Origin: an uncultured Selenomonas sp.
GTDB taxonomy: Bacteria; Bacillota; Negativicutes; Selenomonadales; Selenomonadaceae
Direction: 5' to 3' (one strand)
DNA: 64,000 nt
Assembly (NCBI RefSeq): GCF_963555475.1
Contig: NZ_CAUVVR010000001.1
Position 1 is the stretch's first letter; each line of letters opens with the position of its first letter. A program made the translations under genes and the position numbers. Positions 16,749 to 25,817 of the stretch are shown one piece after another. A model generated the notes under the pieces. It was not told where the DNA came from. It saw only the letters and a program-made list of their open reading frames with translations, and did not search any database.

Positions 16749-19301
16749 ATGAGTAACAAGACAGATACCATCCCCGCGTTTTCGCACGACGCGCGCCTTA
16801 CGATTGCCGTAGGGCGCTCCCGGATGGATAAGCACTGGAAAAACCAAGAAATGACGTGGTCCAACTTCGTCCGCCGTCTCAGCGAGACACAGCGCACGAA
16901 CGAGACCATCGCCGAATACAAGAAACTCTCCAAGACCGAGCAGAGCCTCATCAAGGATGTGGGCGGCTTCGTCGGTGGGGTGCTGAAGGGCGGCCGACGC
17001 ACAGCAGAGTCTGTCGCAAGTCGGCAGCTCCTGACACTCGATGCGGACTTTGCGCAGCCGGACTTCTGGGATCTTGTGATGTTCACCATCGAGAGCCCGG
17101 CGGCCGTGATCTACAGCACGCATAAGCACACGCCCGAAAAGCCGCGCCTGCGTCTTGTCTTGCCGCTCAGTCGCCCGGTATCGCCGGACGAGTATCAGGC
17201 GATCGCACGACGTGTCGCGGCGGACATTGACATCGAGCAGTTCGACGACACGACCTATCAGCCGCATCGGATGATGTTCTATCCCTCTACGCCGATTGAC
17301 GGAGACTATGTCTTCGCGTACAACGATGACGCATTTCTCGATGCCGACGAAGTGCTTGCCCGTTACGAGGATTGGCGCGATCAGTCACAGTGGCCGGAGA
17401 GCTCACGCGTGCATGCCGAGATTCGCAGGTCCGCCGAGAAGCAAGAAGATCCACTGACCAAGAAAGGTATTGTCGGAGCGTTCTGCCGTACGTACAGCAT
17501 CACCGAGGCGATGGACACGTTCCTGCCGGGAGTGTATGAGCAGTGCACGGCAGATGATCGTTACACCTACACGGCGGGAACGTCTGCGGCGGGAGCCGTG
17601 GTCTACGATGACGGCAGGTTCCTTTTTAGCCATCATTCGACGGATCCGTGCTGCGGGCAGCTGGTCAACGCGTTTGACCTTGTACGCATTCACAAGTTTC
17701 GTGTTCGCGACGAGAACGCCGCACCGAAGACACCGCCCGGGCGTCTGCCGAGCTACAAGGCGATGCAGGAGCTCGCGGCGGCCGATGACCGCGTTAGGGT
17801 CACGATCGGTGAGGAGCGCCTTGCGGAGGTGCGGCAGGAGTTTGACGCAGTGCCGGACGGCGAGGAGACAGATAACAGCTGGCTCAAAGAGATGGATGTG
17901 ACCGTTATGGGCGGTTACGAGAGCACCGCGAAGAACGTCAAGCTTATTCTCGAACATGATCCGGGGCTGAAAGGCTCCGCTGCGATCGACGACTTCGCGC
18001 ACCGTATTGTCGTGCTGCGTGATCTGCCGTGGCGGCCGCGCGAGCGGTCAACGGCGTGGATGGATAGCGATGACTCTTCGCTGCGGAATTACCTCGAGGA
18101 GATTTACGGCATCCGCGGCAAAAGCACGATCGAGGATGCGCTCAGTGAGGTCACGACGCGCCATGCGTTCAACCCCCTCAAGGACTACCTGCTGGGGCTG
18201 ACATGGGACGGCATCCCGCGCCTAGATACGGTCTTCATCGACTATCTCGGGGCGGAGGACACGGAGTTCAATCGTGCGATCACACGCAAGACACTCGCGG
18301 CGGCCGTCGGCCGTGCGCTCGAGCCCGGCATCAAGTTCGACACGGTCTTGACGCTGATTGGCAGGCAGGGGCAGGGCAAGTCCACCCTTGTGCGCAAGCT
18401 CGCGCATGGCTGGCACTCCGAGAGCCTTGTGACCGTCCAGGGCAAGGATGCAATGGAGCACATTCAGGGATTTTGGCTGATCGAGCTGGGCGAACTCGCG
18501 GCGATCCGTAAGGCAGATTTTGAACTCGTGAAGCAATTCATCTCCAAGCAGGAGGACTCCTTCAGAGCCGCCTACGGGCGCCGTACAGAGCGGTATCCAC
18601 GTCAGTGCATCTTCATTGCGACAACCAATATCGCGGACTTTATCCGCGATCAGACGGGTGGCCGCCGCTGGTGGCCGATGCGTGTGGACAAGGAGCAGCA
18701 GAAGATGTCCCATTTTGAGCATCTTACGGAGGACGTTGTAGGGCAAATATGGGCGGAGGCCGTCGACGCCTTCAAGGGCGGTGAGCCCCTGCATCTGAGC
18801 CCCGCTATGGAAGCGATTGCGAAGGAGCTGCAAGAAGCACATACGGACGAGAGCCCCTTGGCAGGATTGATCTACGACTTCGTGGATCGGCCGCTTCCGA
18901 GCAACTGGGCAAAGTTTGACCTCGGAGAGCGTCGGGACTACATCCACGGTGACGGACTGGATATGCCCGAGGGGACGGTGCTGCGTGACCGCGTTTGCGC
19001 CTTGGAGGTCTGGGTCGAGCTTCTGAACGGCGATCCCAAAAAGCTAACTCGAACGCAATCAATAGAGATCAATGACATTTTGCGGAAGATGAAAGGCTGG
19101 GATCAGCCAAGCGGAGGCATCCGATTTCCACATTACGGGGCTCAAAAAGGCTTTGTTCGGAAGAATCCGCTGCAACTCTCTAAAGTTGCACGGAGGGGAG
19201 AAAGTTGCAGTCGTGAGAACAAGATTAGAGATATTGCAACTTTGCAACTTTGTGCAACTTTAGAAAGTTGCGGGCTAAACCCTAGAGAAACAAGGAGTTA
19301 G
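16749..19301 (+). CDS. Primase/helicase-type replication protein (VirE N-terminal plus VirE P-loop domains)
   Basis: 850 aa. N-terminal prim-pol-like region (LLTLDADF...VIYSTHKHTPEKPRLRLVLPL...TYQPHRMMFYPS) and Walker A GRQGQGKST with the VirE-type core. Standard partner of DUF2800/DUF2815/PolA modules. Confidence 0.85.
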   Translation: MSNKTDTIPAFSHDARLTIAVGRSRMDKHWKNQEMTWSNFVRRLSETQRTNETIAEYKKLSKTEQSLIKDVGGFVGGVLKGGRRTAESVASRQLLTLDADFAQPDFWDLVMFTIESPAAVIYSTHKHTPEKPRLRLVLPLSRPVSPDEYQAIARRVAADIDIEQFDDTTYQPHRMMFYPSTPIDGDYVFAYNDDAFLDADEVLARYEDWRDQSQWPESSRVHAEIRRSAEKQEDPLTKKGIVGAFCRTYSITEAMDTFLPGVYEQCTADDRYTYTAGTSAAGAVVYDDGRFLFSHHSTDPCCGQLVNAFDLVRIHKFRVRDENAAPKTPPGRLPSYKAMQELAAADDRVRVTIGEERLAEVRQEFDAVPDGEETDNSWLKEMDVTVMGGYESTAKNVKLILEHDPGLKGSAAIDDFAHRIVVLRDLPWRPRERSTAWMDSDDSSLRNYLEEIYGIRGKSTIEDALSEVTTRHAFNPLKDYLLGLTWDGIPRLDTVFIDYLGAEDTEFNRAITRKTLAAAVGRALEPGIKFDTVLTLIGRQGQGKSTLVRKLAHGWHSESLVTVQGKDAMEHIQGFWLIELGELAAIRKADFELVKQFISKQEDSFRAAYGRRTERYPRQCIFIATTNIADFIRDQTGGRRWWPMRVDKEQQKMSHFEHLTEDVVGQIWAEAVDAFKGGEPLHLSPAMEAIAKELQEAHTDESPLAGLIYDFVDRPLPSNWAKFDLGERRDYIHGDGLDMPEGTVLRDRVCALEVWVELLNGDPKKLTRTQSIEINDILRKMKGWDQPSGGIRFPHYGAQKGFVRKNPLQLSKVARRGESCSRENKIRDIATLQLCATLESCGLNPRETRS

Positions 19302-19324
19302 ACTATCTGCAACTTTGCAACTTT
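19171..19324. repeat. Cluster of nine TGCAACTTT iterons (direct and inverted), candidate replication origin
   Basis: Direct copies at 19171 (imperfect), 19235, 19243, 19253, 19308 and 19316. Inverted AAAGTTGCA at 19182, 19201 and 19264. Two pairs form palindromes. The cluster straddles the primase stop codon (19299-19301). Confidence 0.6.
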
Positions 19325-19473
19325 GTTTGTATAGAGATATTCTGAAATAAGGATAGAAATACGAACATAATGTTTAATTTTCTTAAATACGTAAACATGT
19401 CGCGCCCGCCTGCGCGGGTGCGCACGCGCGTAACACAAAACGATCTGCCTTGTCAAGAGGCGGAGGAGGAAAA

Positions 19474-19797
19474 ATGAAAAATATTTTTTCAGGGCTGTTT
19501 CGGCGCACCGAAACAATAACAGAAAAGCAAGTCGAACGGAATTTTGTGAAGGCGGTCAAAGAAGCCGGCGGGCTCGCTATGAAATTCGTTTCCCCGGGGC
19601 GCGTCGGCGTGCCCGATCGCATCGTGCTTCTTCCTAGAGGGCGCGCAGTCTTTGCAGAGATTAAGCGTCCCGGAGGGAAACTCCGGAAGTCGCAGGAAGC
19701 GGCACACAGAGAGATTCGCGCGAAGGGCTTCCCGGTCTGCGTGATCCGCTCGGATGCCGATATCCGCACGTTCTGTGAGTTTTTCTTCGATGCGTAG
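19474..19797 (+). CDS. VRR-NUC domain nuclease
   Basis: EKQVERNFVKAVKEAGG...GVPDRIVLLPRGRAVFAEIKRPGGKLRKSQ...IRAKGF matches the VRR-NUC D..(D/E)xK pattern. ATG 19474 follows GGAGGAGG. Confidence 0.8.
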   Translation: MKNIFSGLFRRTETITEKQVERNFVKAVKEAGGLAMKFVSPGRVGVPDRIVLLPRGRAVFAEIKRPGGKLRKSQEAAHREIRAKGFPVCVIRSDADIRTFCEFFFDA

Positions 19798-21157
19798 GGA
19801 GTTCGTACCGCGCCCTTATCAGCAATATGCGATTCAGCGGATCATCGACACCCCGGCTGTAGGCCTCCTGCTGGATATGGGTATGGGCAAGACGGTCTCA
19901 ACACTGACGGCGATCAACGAGTTGATGTATGACCGCTTTGAGGTGCGCCGTGTGCTGGTGATCGCACCGCTGCGCGTGGCTCTGAGCACATGGCGTGACG
20001 AGTGTGAGACATGGGCGCATACGCGGAATCTGCGTATCTCCATTGCTGTCGGCGATATGGCGACGCGGGAGGCGGCACTGCGGGCAGATGCGGACATCTA
20101 CATCATCAACCGCGATGTGGTTAAGTGGCTGGTCGGTTACTACCGTGACAAGTGGCCGTTTGACATGGTGGTGATTGACGAGTCGAGCAGTTTCAAAAAT
20201 CCTGCGTCACAGAGATTCAAGGCGCTGCGGAAGGTGCGTCCGCTGATACAGCGCGTCGTACTTTTGACCGGGACGCCCGCCCCCAACGGTCTGATGGATC
20301 TTTGGAGTCAGCTGTATCTCCTCGATCGCGGCGAACGGCTCGGCAGGACACTGACGGAGTACCGTGAGCGGTATTTTCGCCCCGGGCAGCAGAGCGGCTA
20401 TGTCGTATACAGTTACGACCTGCGCCCTGGTGCAGACAAAGAGATATACGGGCGCATCGGTGATATCTGCGTCAGCATGCGGAGCGAGGATTATCTGACA
20501 CTGCCTCCGCTGATGCAGAACGTTGTCAAGGTGCAGCTGCCGGATGAAGCGTTGGAGCGATACCGCGAGATGGAGAAAGAGCTTGTGCTGAACATCGGAG
20601 ATACGGACATCACTGCCGTATCTGCCGCCGCGCTGACAAACAAGCTGCTGCAGATGGCCAACGGGGCTGTCTATGACGCAGAGAAAGAAGTTGTGCAGAT
20701 CCACGGGGCAAAGCTTGAGGCGCTGGACGAGATTATCAGCTGCAACGAGGGCAAGAGTGTCATGGTGATCTACAGCTATCGACATGACCTTGACGCTCTG
20801 CGAAAGCGTTATCCAAAGGCGCGGGAACTCAAATCGGCGGATGATATCCGTGACTGGAACACCGGACACATACCGATTCTCTTGGTGCACCCGCAGAGCG
20901 CGGGGCACGGGCTGAATCTCCAGCACGGCGGGCATATTGCTATCTGGTACGGACTGACATGGAGCCTCGAGGCATATCAGCAGACGAATAAGCGCCTGCA
21001 TCGTCCGGGACAGACTGAATCTGTGGTGCTGCATCACCTTGTCGCAAAGGGAACGATCGATGAGGACGTAATGCGGGCACTGGAGGGCAAGGCCGCAGGG
21101 CAGGAGAGCATGCTGGATGCGGTCAAAGCAAGGATAGAGCGCTACAAGGCGCGATAA
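19790..21157 (+). CDS. SNF2-family helicase
   Basis: PRPYQQYAI, Walker A MGMGKT, DExx VVIDESSSFKN, LLTGTPAPNG, QSAGHGLNLQ, NKRLHRPGQ. ATG 19790 overlaps the VRR-NUC stop. Confidence 0.9.
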   Translation: MRREFVPRPYQQYAIQRIIDTPAVGLLLDMGMGKTVSTLTAINELMYDRFEVRRVLVIAPLRVALSTWRDECETWAHTRNLRISIAVGDMATREAALRADADIYIINRDVVKWLVGYYRDKWPFDMVVIDESSSFKNPASQRFKALRKVRPLIQRVVLLTGTPAPNGLMDLWSQLYLLDRGERLGRTLTEYRERYFRPGQQSGYVVYSYDLRPGADKEIYGRIGDICVSMRSEDYLTLPPLMQNVVKVQLPDEALERYREMEKELVLNIGDTDITAVSAAALTNKLLQMANGAVYDAEKEVVQIHGAKLEALDEIISCNEGKSVMVIYSYRHDLDALRKRYPKARELKSADDIRDWNTGHIPILLVHPQSAGHGLNLQHGGHIAIWYGLTWSLEAYQQTNKRLHRPGQTESVVLHHLVAKGTIDEDVMRALEGKAAGQESMLDAVKARIERYKAR

Positions 21158-21170
21158 GGAGGACTACGAA

Positions 21171-21827
21171 ATGCTGATTTTCATGAAGAATGCCAAGAAG
21201 ATTCTGGGCAAGGACGAGGCCTTGTCAGTGATTCGTTACCATGCAGGGCGGGCCTATGTGTCAAATCGGTACAGCTGTATTTGGGTGGAGGATGCTTCCG
21301 GCGGAGAGGGAACCTTTGATTTACAGAGCAACCTTATGTGCGAGAACGCTGCAATGCCGAATTATGACAAGCTGCTGCCGCCGATTATCGGCAGTGAGCC
21401 ATATACGATCGTCTGTGCAAATGAGTTTACGGAATTTCTTGCAGCAATGAAGCCGGTGAATGCGTGTACACCGAAAAAGCAGATCGCGACCTTGCTGCTG
21501 GTGTGGCGCATGGATGGGCTTACTGCGTATATGCGCAGTGCCAAAATGGACGTGAGATATCGGTTTTCAAGTATGTCAACGAATATTGAGAACGGGCAGA
21601 CCTTTTACGCAGCGTTCGACGCGCGTCGCCTCTCCGATCTCGTCGATTACTTCCGTCAGCGCACGGCTCCTGTGCGTTTTTACCCGCCCGTGCGTAAGTA
21701 CGTTCCCTTGCGGATGGAAGTGGACACGGAACTCATTTCTGCGGTACCTGCGGGAGGGTTGATTGCGCCGTTGACGAGATTCGAGGAGGAGCTCTTTGCA
21801 GATGTTATTCCGGACAAGGCTGAGTGA
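21171..21827 (+). CDS. Hypothetical protein; C-terminus faintly resembles the last domain of a beta sliding clamp
   Basis: 218 aa. AAFDARRLSDLVDYF...PVRFYPP...PLRMEVD...ISAVPAGGLIAPL recalls the clamp pattern fNarYLlDaL...v.l....P..i....y.iMPmr. This is a weak, by-eye resemblance. Confidence 0.5.
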   Translation: MLIFMKNAKKILGKDEALSVIRYHAGRAYVSNRYSCIWVEDASGGEGTFDLQSNLMCENAAMPNYDKLLPPIIGSEPYTIVCANEFTEFLAAMKPVNACTPKKQIATLLLVWRMDGLTAYMRSAKMDVRYRFSSMSTNIENGQTFYAAFDARRLSDLVDYFRQRTAPVRFYPPVRKYVPLRMEVDTELISAVPAGGLIAPLTRFEEELFADVIPDKAE

Positions 21828-21842
21828 TTGGAGGTCAGAGAA

Positions 21843-22220
21843 ATGGCAGATACAAAATATCCACAGGACGAGGAGAAAAATGAGTATCGCTACATTGATT
21901 TTGAGTGGCTGGATGAGGTCGCTACAGGTCTCACAGCAGGTGCGGAGAAGCATCCGGGCGAAACGTGGCGGGATATCCCTGCAGAGGAGCACGCTGCACG
22001 GGCGTTGCGCCATCTGGCTATGTGGCTCGCAGGTGATCGGAGTGACAGTCATATCATCAACGCGAGTATGCGCTGCATGATGGCGCGCGTAATGGAACGG
22101 GAGGAGGATCAGAATTGCGATCCTGAGGAAATTGATGCACTCAGGGAGGAGAATAAGGAGCTGTGGGCAGAATTGAACAAGTACCGGCTGCGTGACTTGG
22201 AGGAGATGCGAATTGACTGA
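21843..22220 (+). CDS. DUF5664 / dATP-dGTP diphosphohydrolase N-terminal-like domain protein
   Basis: YIDFEWLDEVATGLTAGAEKHPGETWRDIP...ARALRHLAMWLAGDRSDSHIINASMRCMM fits the remembered pattern of that domain (l..vA.vl..GaeKY....W...RHl..wl.Ge). Coiled-coil C-terminus. Confidence 0.55.
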   Translation: MADTKYPQDEEKNEYRYIDFEWLDEVATGLTAGAEKHPGETWRDIPAEEHAARALRHLAMWLAGDRSDSHIINASMRCMMARVMEREEDQNCDPEEIDALREENKELWAELNKYRLRDLEEMRID

Positions 22221-22653
22221 CATAAAACAAGTAAGGGCATACCTCTGGCGTGTCCGAGATGCAGAGCGGGAGCTGAAACTGCTTGAACAGGAGTACGAGC
22301 AGGCGAAAGCCGATATCTTGCATCTGAAAGCGATCCAGTATGACGCGGATAAGGTCAGCGGAGGCAAGATCGGTGATCTCTCTGATGCGATTGCGGTACT
22401 GGAGGGATACGCAGAGCGTGTGAATGCGCAGTGGGATCGGTTAATTATGCTGCGCAAGGAAGCCGGGGCACTGATTGAGCAGATTGCAGACGGTCGTTAT
22501 CGTGAGGTATTGACGCGGCGTTATTTGCGGGGGCAGACACTGGAAAGGATTGCGGTTGATCTTGGGTATAGTTACAGGCAGATCAAAAGGATTCACGGTG
22601 GGGCATTGTGCCGATTCAAAAAGATGTCCTTTAATGTCCCCTTCGACCTGTGA
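22213..22653 (+). CDS. Phage late-gene activator (sigma-70 region-4-like; DUF1492/RinA/ArpU class)
   Basis: C-terminal REVLTRRYLRGQTLERIAVDLGYSYRQIKRIHGGAL is a region-4-type HTH. Last gene before the packaging module. The start is uncertain: TTG 22213 after AGGAGA, or GTG 22192. Confidence 0.6.
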   Translation: MTDIKQVRAYLWRVRDAERELKLLEQEYEQAKADILHLKAIQYDADKVSGGKIGDLSDAIAVLEGYAERVNAQWDRLIMLRKEAGALIEQIADGRYREVLTRRYLRGQTLERIAVDLGYSYRQIKRIHGGALCRFKKMSFNVPFDL

Positions 22654-22677
22654 TATAGTATAAGCTGTGAATAGTGA

Positions 22678-22704
22678 GGGCACCGCGCAAGCGATGCCCT
22701 TTTT
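22678..22704 (+). terminator. Terminator between the regulatory and packaging modules
   Basis: gggcaccgc-GCAA-gcgatgccc stem (one mismatch) with a GNRA loop and a T5 run. Confidence 0.6.
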
Positions 22705-22739
22705 GCATGGGTGAATAAAGGCAGGTGGTGAGCATGTAG

Positions 22740-23189
22740 ATGGCGAACGAGCAGAATCTGATTCCGGCATCGAAACGAAGTAAGAGCGAAGCTAGAGAGA
22801 ATAGCAAAAAAGGCGGCATCGAGAGCGGAAAATCCCGTCGCCGCAAAAAGGCATTGCGGACAGCCCTCAAAGAAGCAGTTTCGCTCACATTGAAAGAGTT
22901 ACACCCCGATCTCAGAGATGGGATCATGAAGTCGGCAAAGCTCAGCGATGCGGAGCTTACTGTTGGTGATGCCGTACTTGGCAGCCTTATCCGCAGCGCG
23001 TGCGCAGGAAACTCACAGATGATGAAAGTGTTATTCGATACCATCGGCGAGAGTGCTGACATTCGGATTCGGGAGCACGAACTGCGGCTCAAGGAAAAGG
23101 CGCTTAATACCGGGCAGATGGATACCGCACTGAATGTCACGATCACAACGAAGGGGGAGCGGGACATTGAATATAGCGAAGGAGGTTAA
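22740..23189 (+). CDS. Putative terminase small subunit
   Basis: 149 aa immediately upstream of and overlapping TerL. Basic N-terminus [32 protein letters not shown] as seen in many Firmicutes phage TerS-position proteins. The call is based on position. Confidence 0.5.
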   Translation: MANEQNLIPASKRSKSEARENSKKGGIESGKSRRRKKALRTALKEAVSLTLKELHPDLRDGIMKSAKLSDAELTVGDAVLGSLIRSACAGNSQMMKVLFDTIGESADIRIREHELRLKEKALNTGQMDTALNVTITTKGERDIEYSEGG

Positions 23190-24450
23190 TCCGCATTTCG
23201 AATCTTTCCTGTTCGACTGGGAAAGTAAGATTTACTTCCTCGTCGGCGGATATGGATCGTCGAAGTCGTATCACGTCGCACTGAAAGTTATCCTGAAGCT
23301 CCTCAGCGAACGCAGGACGGCGCTTGTTGTGCGTGAGGTTTATGACACCATACGCGACAGCTGCTTTTCGCTCTTTCGGGAGATTGTGGAGGACATGGGG
23401 CTGGGCGCGATGATCGTGTTCAACGCCTCACCGATGCAGATGCGTTTCCCCAACGGCAGCAAGATCGTGTTCAAGGGGATGGATAAACCCGCAAAACTCA
23501 AGTCCATCAACAACATCAGCCTCATCTGGGTGGAGGAGTGCAGCGAACTCAAGTATGCGGGCTTTAAGGAGTTGCTCGGACGTCTGCGCCATCCGACGCT
23601 GCCACTGCACATCATCCTGACGACCAATCCCGTGGCGCGGTCAAACTGGACATACCAGCATTTCTTTGAGAGCCGTGGATTGGATGATAAAGAGTTCTAT
23701 GTGCGTCGCGTCATGTGCGAGGGAAACACATACTACCATCACTCCGTTGCCGACGACAACCTGTTTCTGCCGGTGGATTACATCGAGCAGCTCGATGAGA
23801 TGCAGGCGTACGACGCCGATCTTTATCGCATCGCCCGTCTTGGGCAGTTCGGCGTCAATGGTAGGCTTGTCCTGCCGCAGTTTGAAGTCATGCCGCATGA
23901 TGAGGTTATGGCAGCGGTCGAAGAAATCCCGCGTAAGTATTTGCGCGTCGGCATGGACTTTGGTTTTGAGGCATCGTACAACGCCGTCGTCCGCATGGCA
24001 ATCGACCATGAAAACAAGTGGCTCTATCTCTATTGGGAGTACTATCGCAACCACATGACTGATGACGAGACGGCAGATGCGCTTGAGGAGTTCGTGCGGA
24101 CGCGTGAGCGCATCAAGGCAGACTCAGCAGAGCCGAAAGCAATCCGCTACTACCAGAAACGCGGGTTTAACATGGTTGCGACACGCAAGAACAACGGCGG
24201 CAGCCGCCATTCGCGTCTTGACAACACACGCAAGCTGAAGCGTTTTCGCCGTATCATCTGTTCGGATGCGTGTGTGCACTGTATTGACGAACTCAAAGAG
24301 CTTACCTATGCAGTGGATCGGGACGATGAGATCATCCCGGACGAGTTCAATCGGGATGCGCACACGTTTTCCGCGATGTGGTACGGGCTGGATGATTATG
24401 ACGTGGTTGATATCAAGCATCGATTCACGAAGGAGGACTTTGGATTATGA
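23134..24450 (+). CDS. Terminase large subunit (PBSX/Terminase_3-like)
   Basis: VNPHFESF...[14 protein letters not shown] Walker A, IWVEECSE Walker B, C-terminal RNase-H-like nuclease region. The true start may be TTG 23167. Confidence 0.9.
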   Translation: MSRSQRRGSGTLNIAKEVNPHFESFLFDWESKIYFLVGGYGSSKSYHVALKVILKLLSERRTALVVREVYDTIRDSCFSLFREIVEDMGLGAMIVFNASPMQMRFPNGSKIVFKGMDKPAKLKSINNISLIWVEECSELKYAGFKELLGRLRHPTLPLHIILTTNPVARSNWTYQHFFESRGLDDKEFYVRRVMCEGNTYYHHSVADDNLFLPVDYIEQLDEMQAYDADLYRIARLGQFGVNGRLVLPQFEVMPHDEVMAAVEEIPRKYLRVGMDFGFEASYNAVVRMAIDHENKWLYLYWEYYRNHMTDDETADALEEFVRTRERIKADSAEPKAIRYYQKRGFNMVATRKNNGGSRHSRLDNTRKLKRFRRIICSDACVHCIDELKELTYAVDRDDEIIPDEFNRDAHTFSAMWYGLDDYDVVDIKHRFTKEDFGL

Positions 24451-25817
24451 GGGTACACACTACAAAGGAGGTGCTCGACCCGCAGGACATTGCGGATATT
24501 CTGCAGCGACATGAGCGCGATTTCGTGTCTCATGTGCTGGAGCTCAAGGACTACTATGTCGGCAAACACAAAATACTCAATAAGGAGCAGCGTTCTGTCA
24601 GCGCACCCAACAACAAGATCGTCGCGAATTATTGCGAGTACATCACCAACATGAGCACGGGCTTTTTCATGGGTCAGCCGGTTGCATACTCCTCGGTGTC
24701 GGGAGATACGGACGCCGTGAGCGCGCTGCAGGACGTGTTCCGGTACAACGATGAGGCGGACGGCAATCTGCGTCTTGCGGCGGAGGCGAGTATCACAGGG
24801 GCGGCGTATGAGGTGCTTTACGTTGACGCAGAGGCAGAGATCCGCTTTTGTGCCGTTCCATCGGAAGAGGTTATTCTTGTTCTTGATGCGACGCTCGAGG
24901 AGAATCTGATCGCCGCCATCCGCCGCTACCGTGTTGTAAGTCTTGACGGGTCGACGTACAACGATTATGTGGATGTTTACGACGCACACAGCGTCACAAG
25001 CTACGACTACACCGCCGATAAACTCATCCAAAACAGCGCGCCCGTACCGCATTACTTTGACGGCGTGCCCGTGATCGAATACCCCAACAACGATGCCCGT
25101 CGCGGTGATTTCGAGGGCATTATGACGCTCGTGGACGCGTACAACAAGGCGCAGAGCCTCACGCTCGACGATATGGAGGATTTTACGGACGCTTATCTCG
25201 TGCTTAAGGGCATGGGCGGCATGAACGGGGAGGACGCAGCAGAGCTGCGGCGCAACAAGATGATGACGCTCGATGAGGGCGGCAGCGCGGAGTGGCTGAT
25301 CAAGAATCTCAACGATACATATATCGAGAACATCAAGACGCGGCTCCAGAACGATATCCACAAATTCAGCGCGATCCCCGACATGAGCGACGATGCTTTT
25401 GCCGGCAATACATCCGGTGTTGCCATCAAGTACAAGCTCATCGGGCTGGAGCAGGTGCGCAGCCGCAAGGAGCGTGGTTTCAAGAAGGGACTGCAGCGGC
25501 GCATTGAGTTGATTGCGGGGATGCTCAAAACTAAGAGCAAGGCGGACATTGATTTTCGAGATATCGAGATCACCTTTACGGCGAATATCCCCGCCAACAA
25601 TCAGGAACAGGCAGAGATCGTCAAGACACTCTACGGGCTTGTCTCGCAAAAGCGTCTGCTCTCGCTCCTGCCGTTTGTCACGGATCCAGCCGAGGAGCTG
25701 GAGGAGCTGAAAAAGGAGCAGGAGGAGAATGATTACGGAATAGGGGTGGGCGCACATGGCGAAGACGAAAGCGACACCGACGGAGAAGTACTGGAAAAAG
25801 CGGCAGGAAGAACTTGA
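24447..25817 (+). CDS. Portal protein (SPP1 gp6-like)
   Basis: 456 aa. ...[27 protein letters not shown]... and overall layout typical of SPP1-family portals. ATGA overlap with TerL. Confidence 0.9.
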   Translation: MRVHTTKEVLDPQDIADILQRHERDFVSHVLELKDYYVGKHKILNKEQRSVSAPNNKIVANYCEYITNMSTGFFMGQPVAYSSVSGDTDAVSALQDVFRYNDEADGNLRLAAEASITGAAYEVLYVDAEAEIRFCAVPSEEVILVLDATLEENLIAAIRRYRVVSLDGSTYNDYVDVYDAHSVTSYDYTADKLIQNSAPVPHYFDGVPVIEYPNNDARRGDFEGIMTLVDAYNKAQSLTLDDMEDFTDAYLVLKGMGGMNGEDAAELRRNKMMTLDEGGSAEWLIKNLNDTYIENIKTRLQNDIHKFSAIPDMSDDAFAGNTSGVAIKYKLIGLEQVRSRKERGFKKGLQRRIELIAGMLKTKSKADIDFRDIEITFTANIPANNQEQAEIVKTLYGLVSQKRLLSLLPFVTDPAEELEELKKEQEENDYGIGVGAHGEDESDTDGEVLEKAAGRT

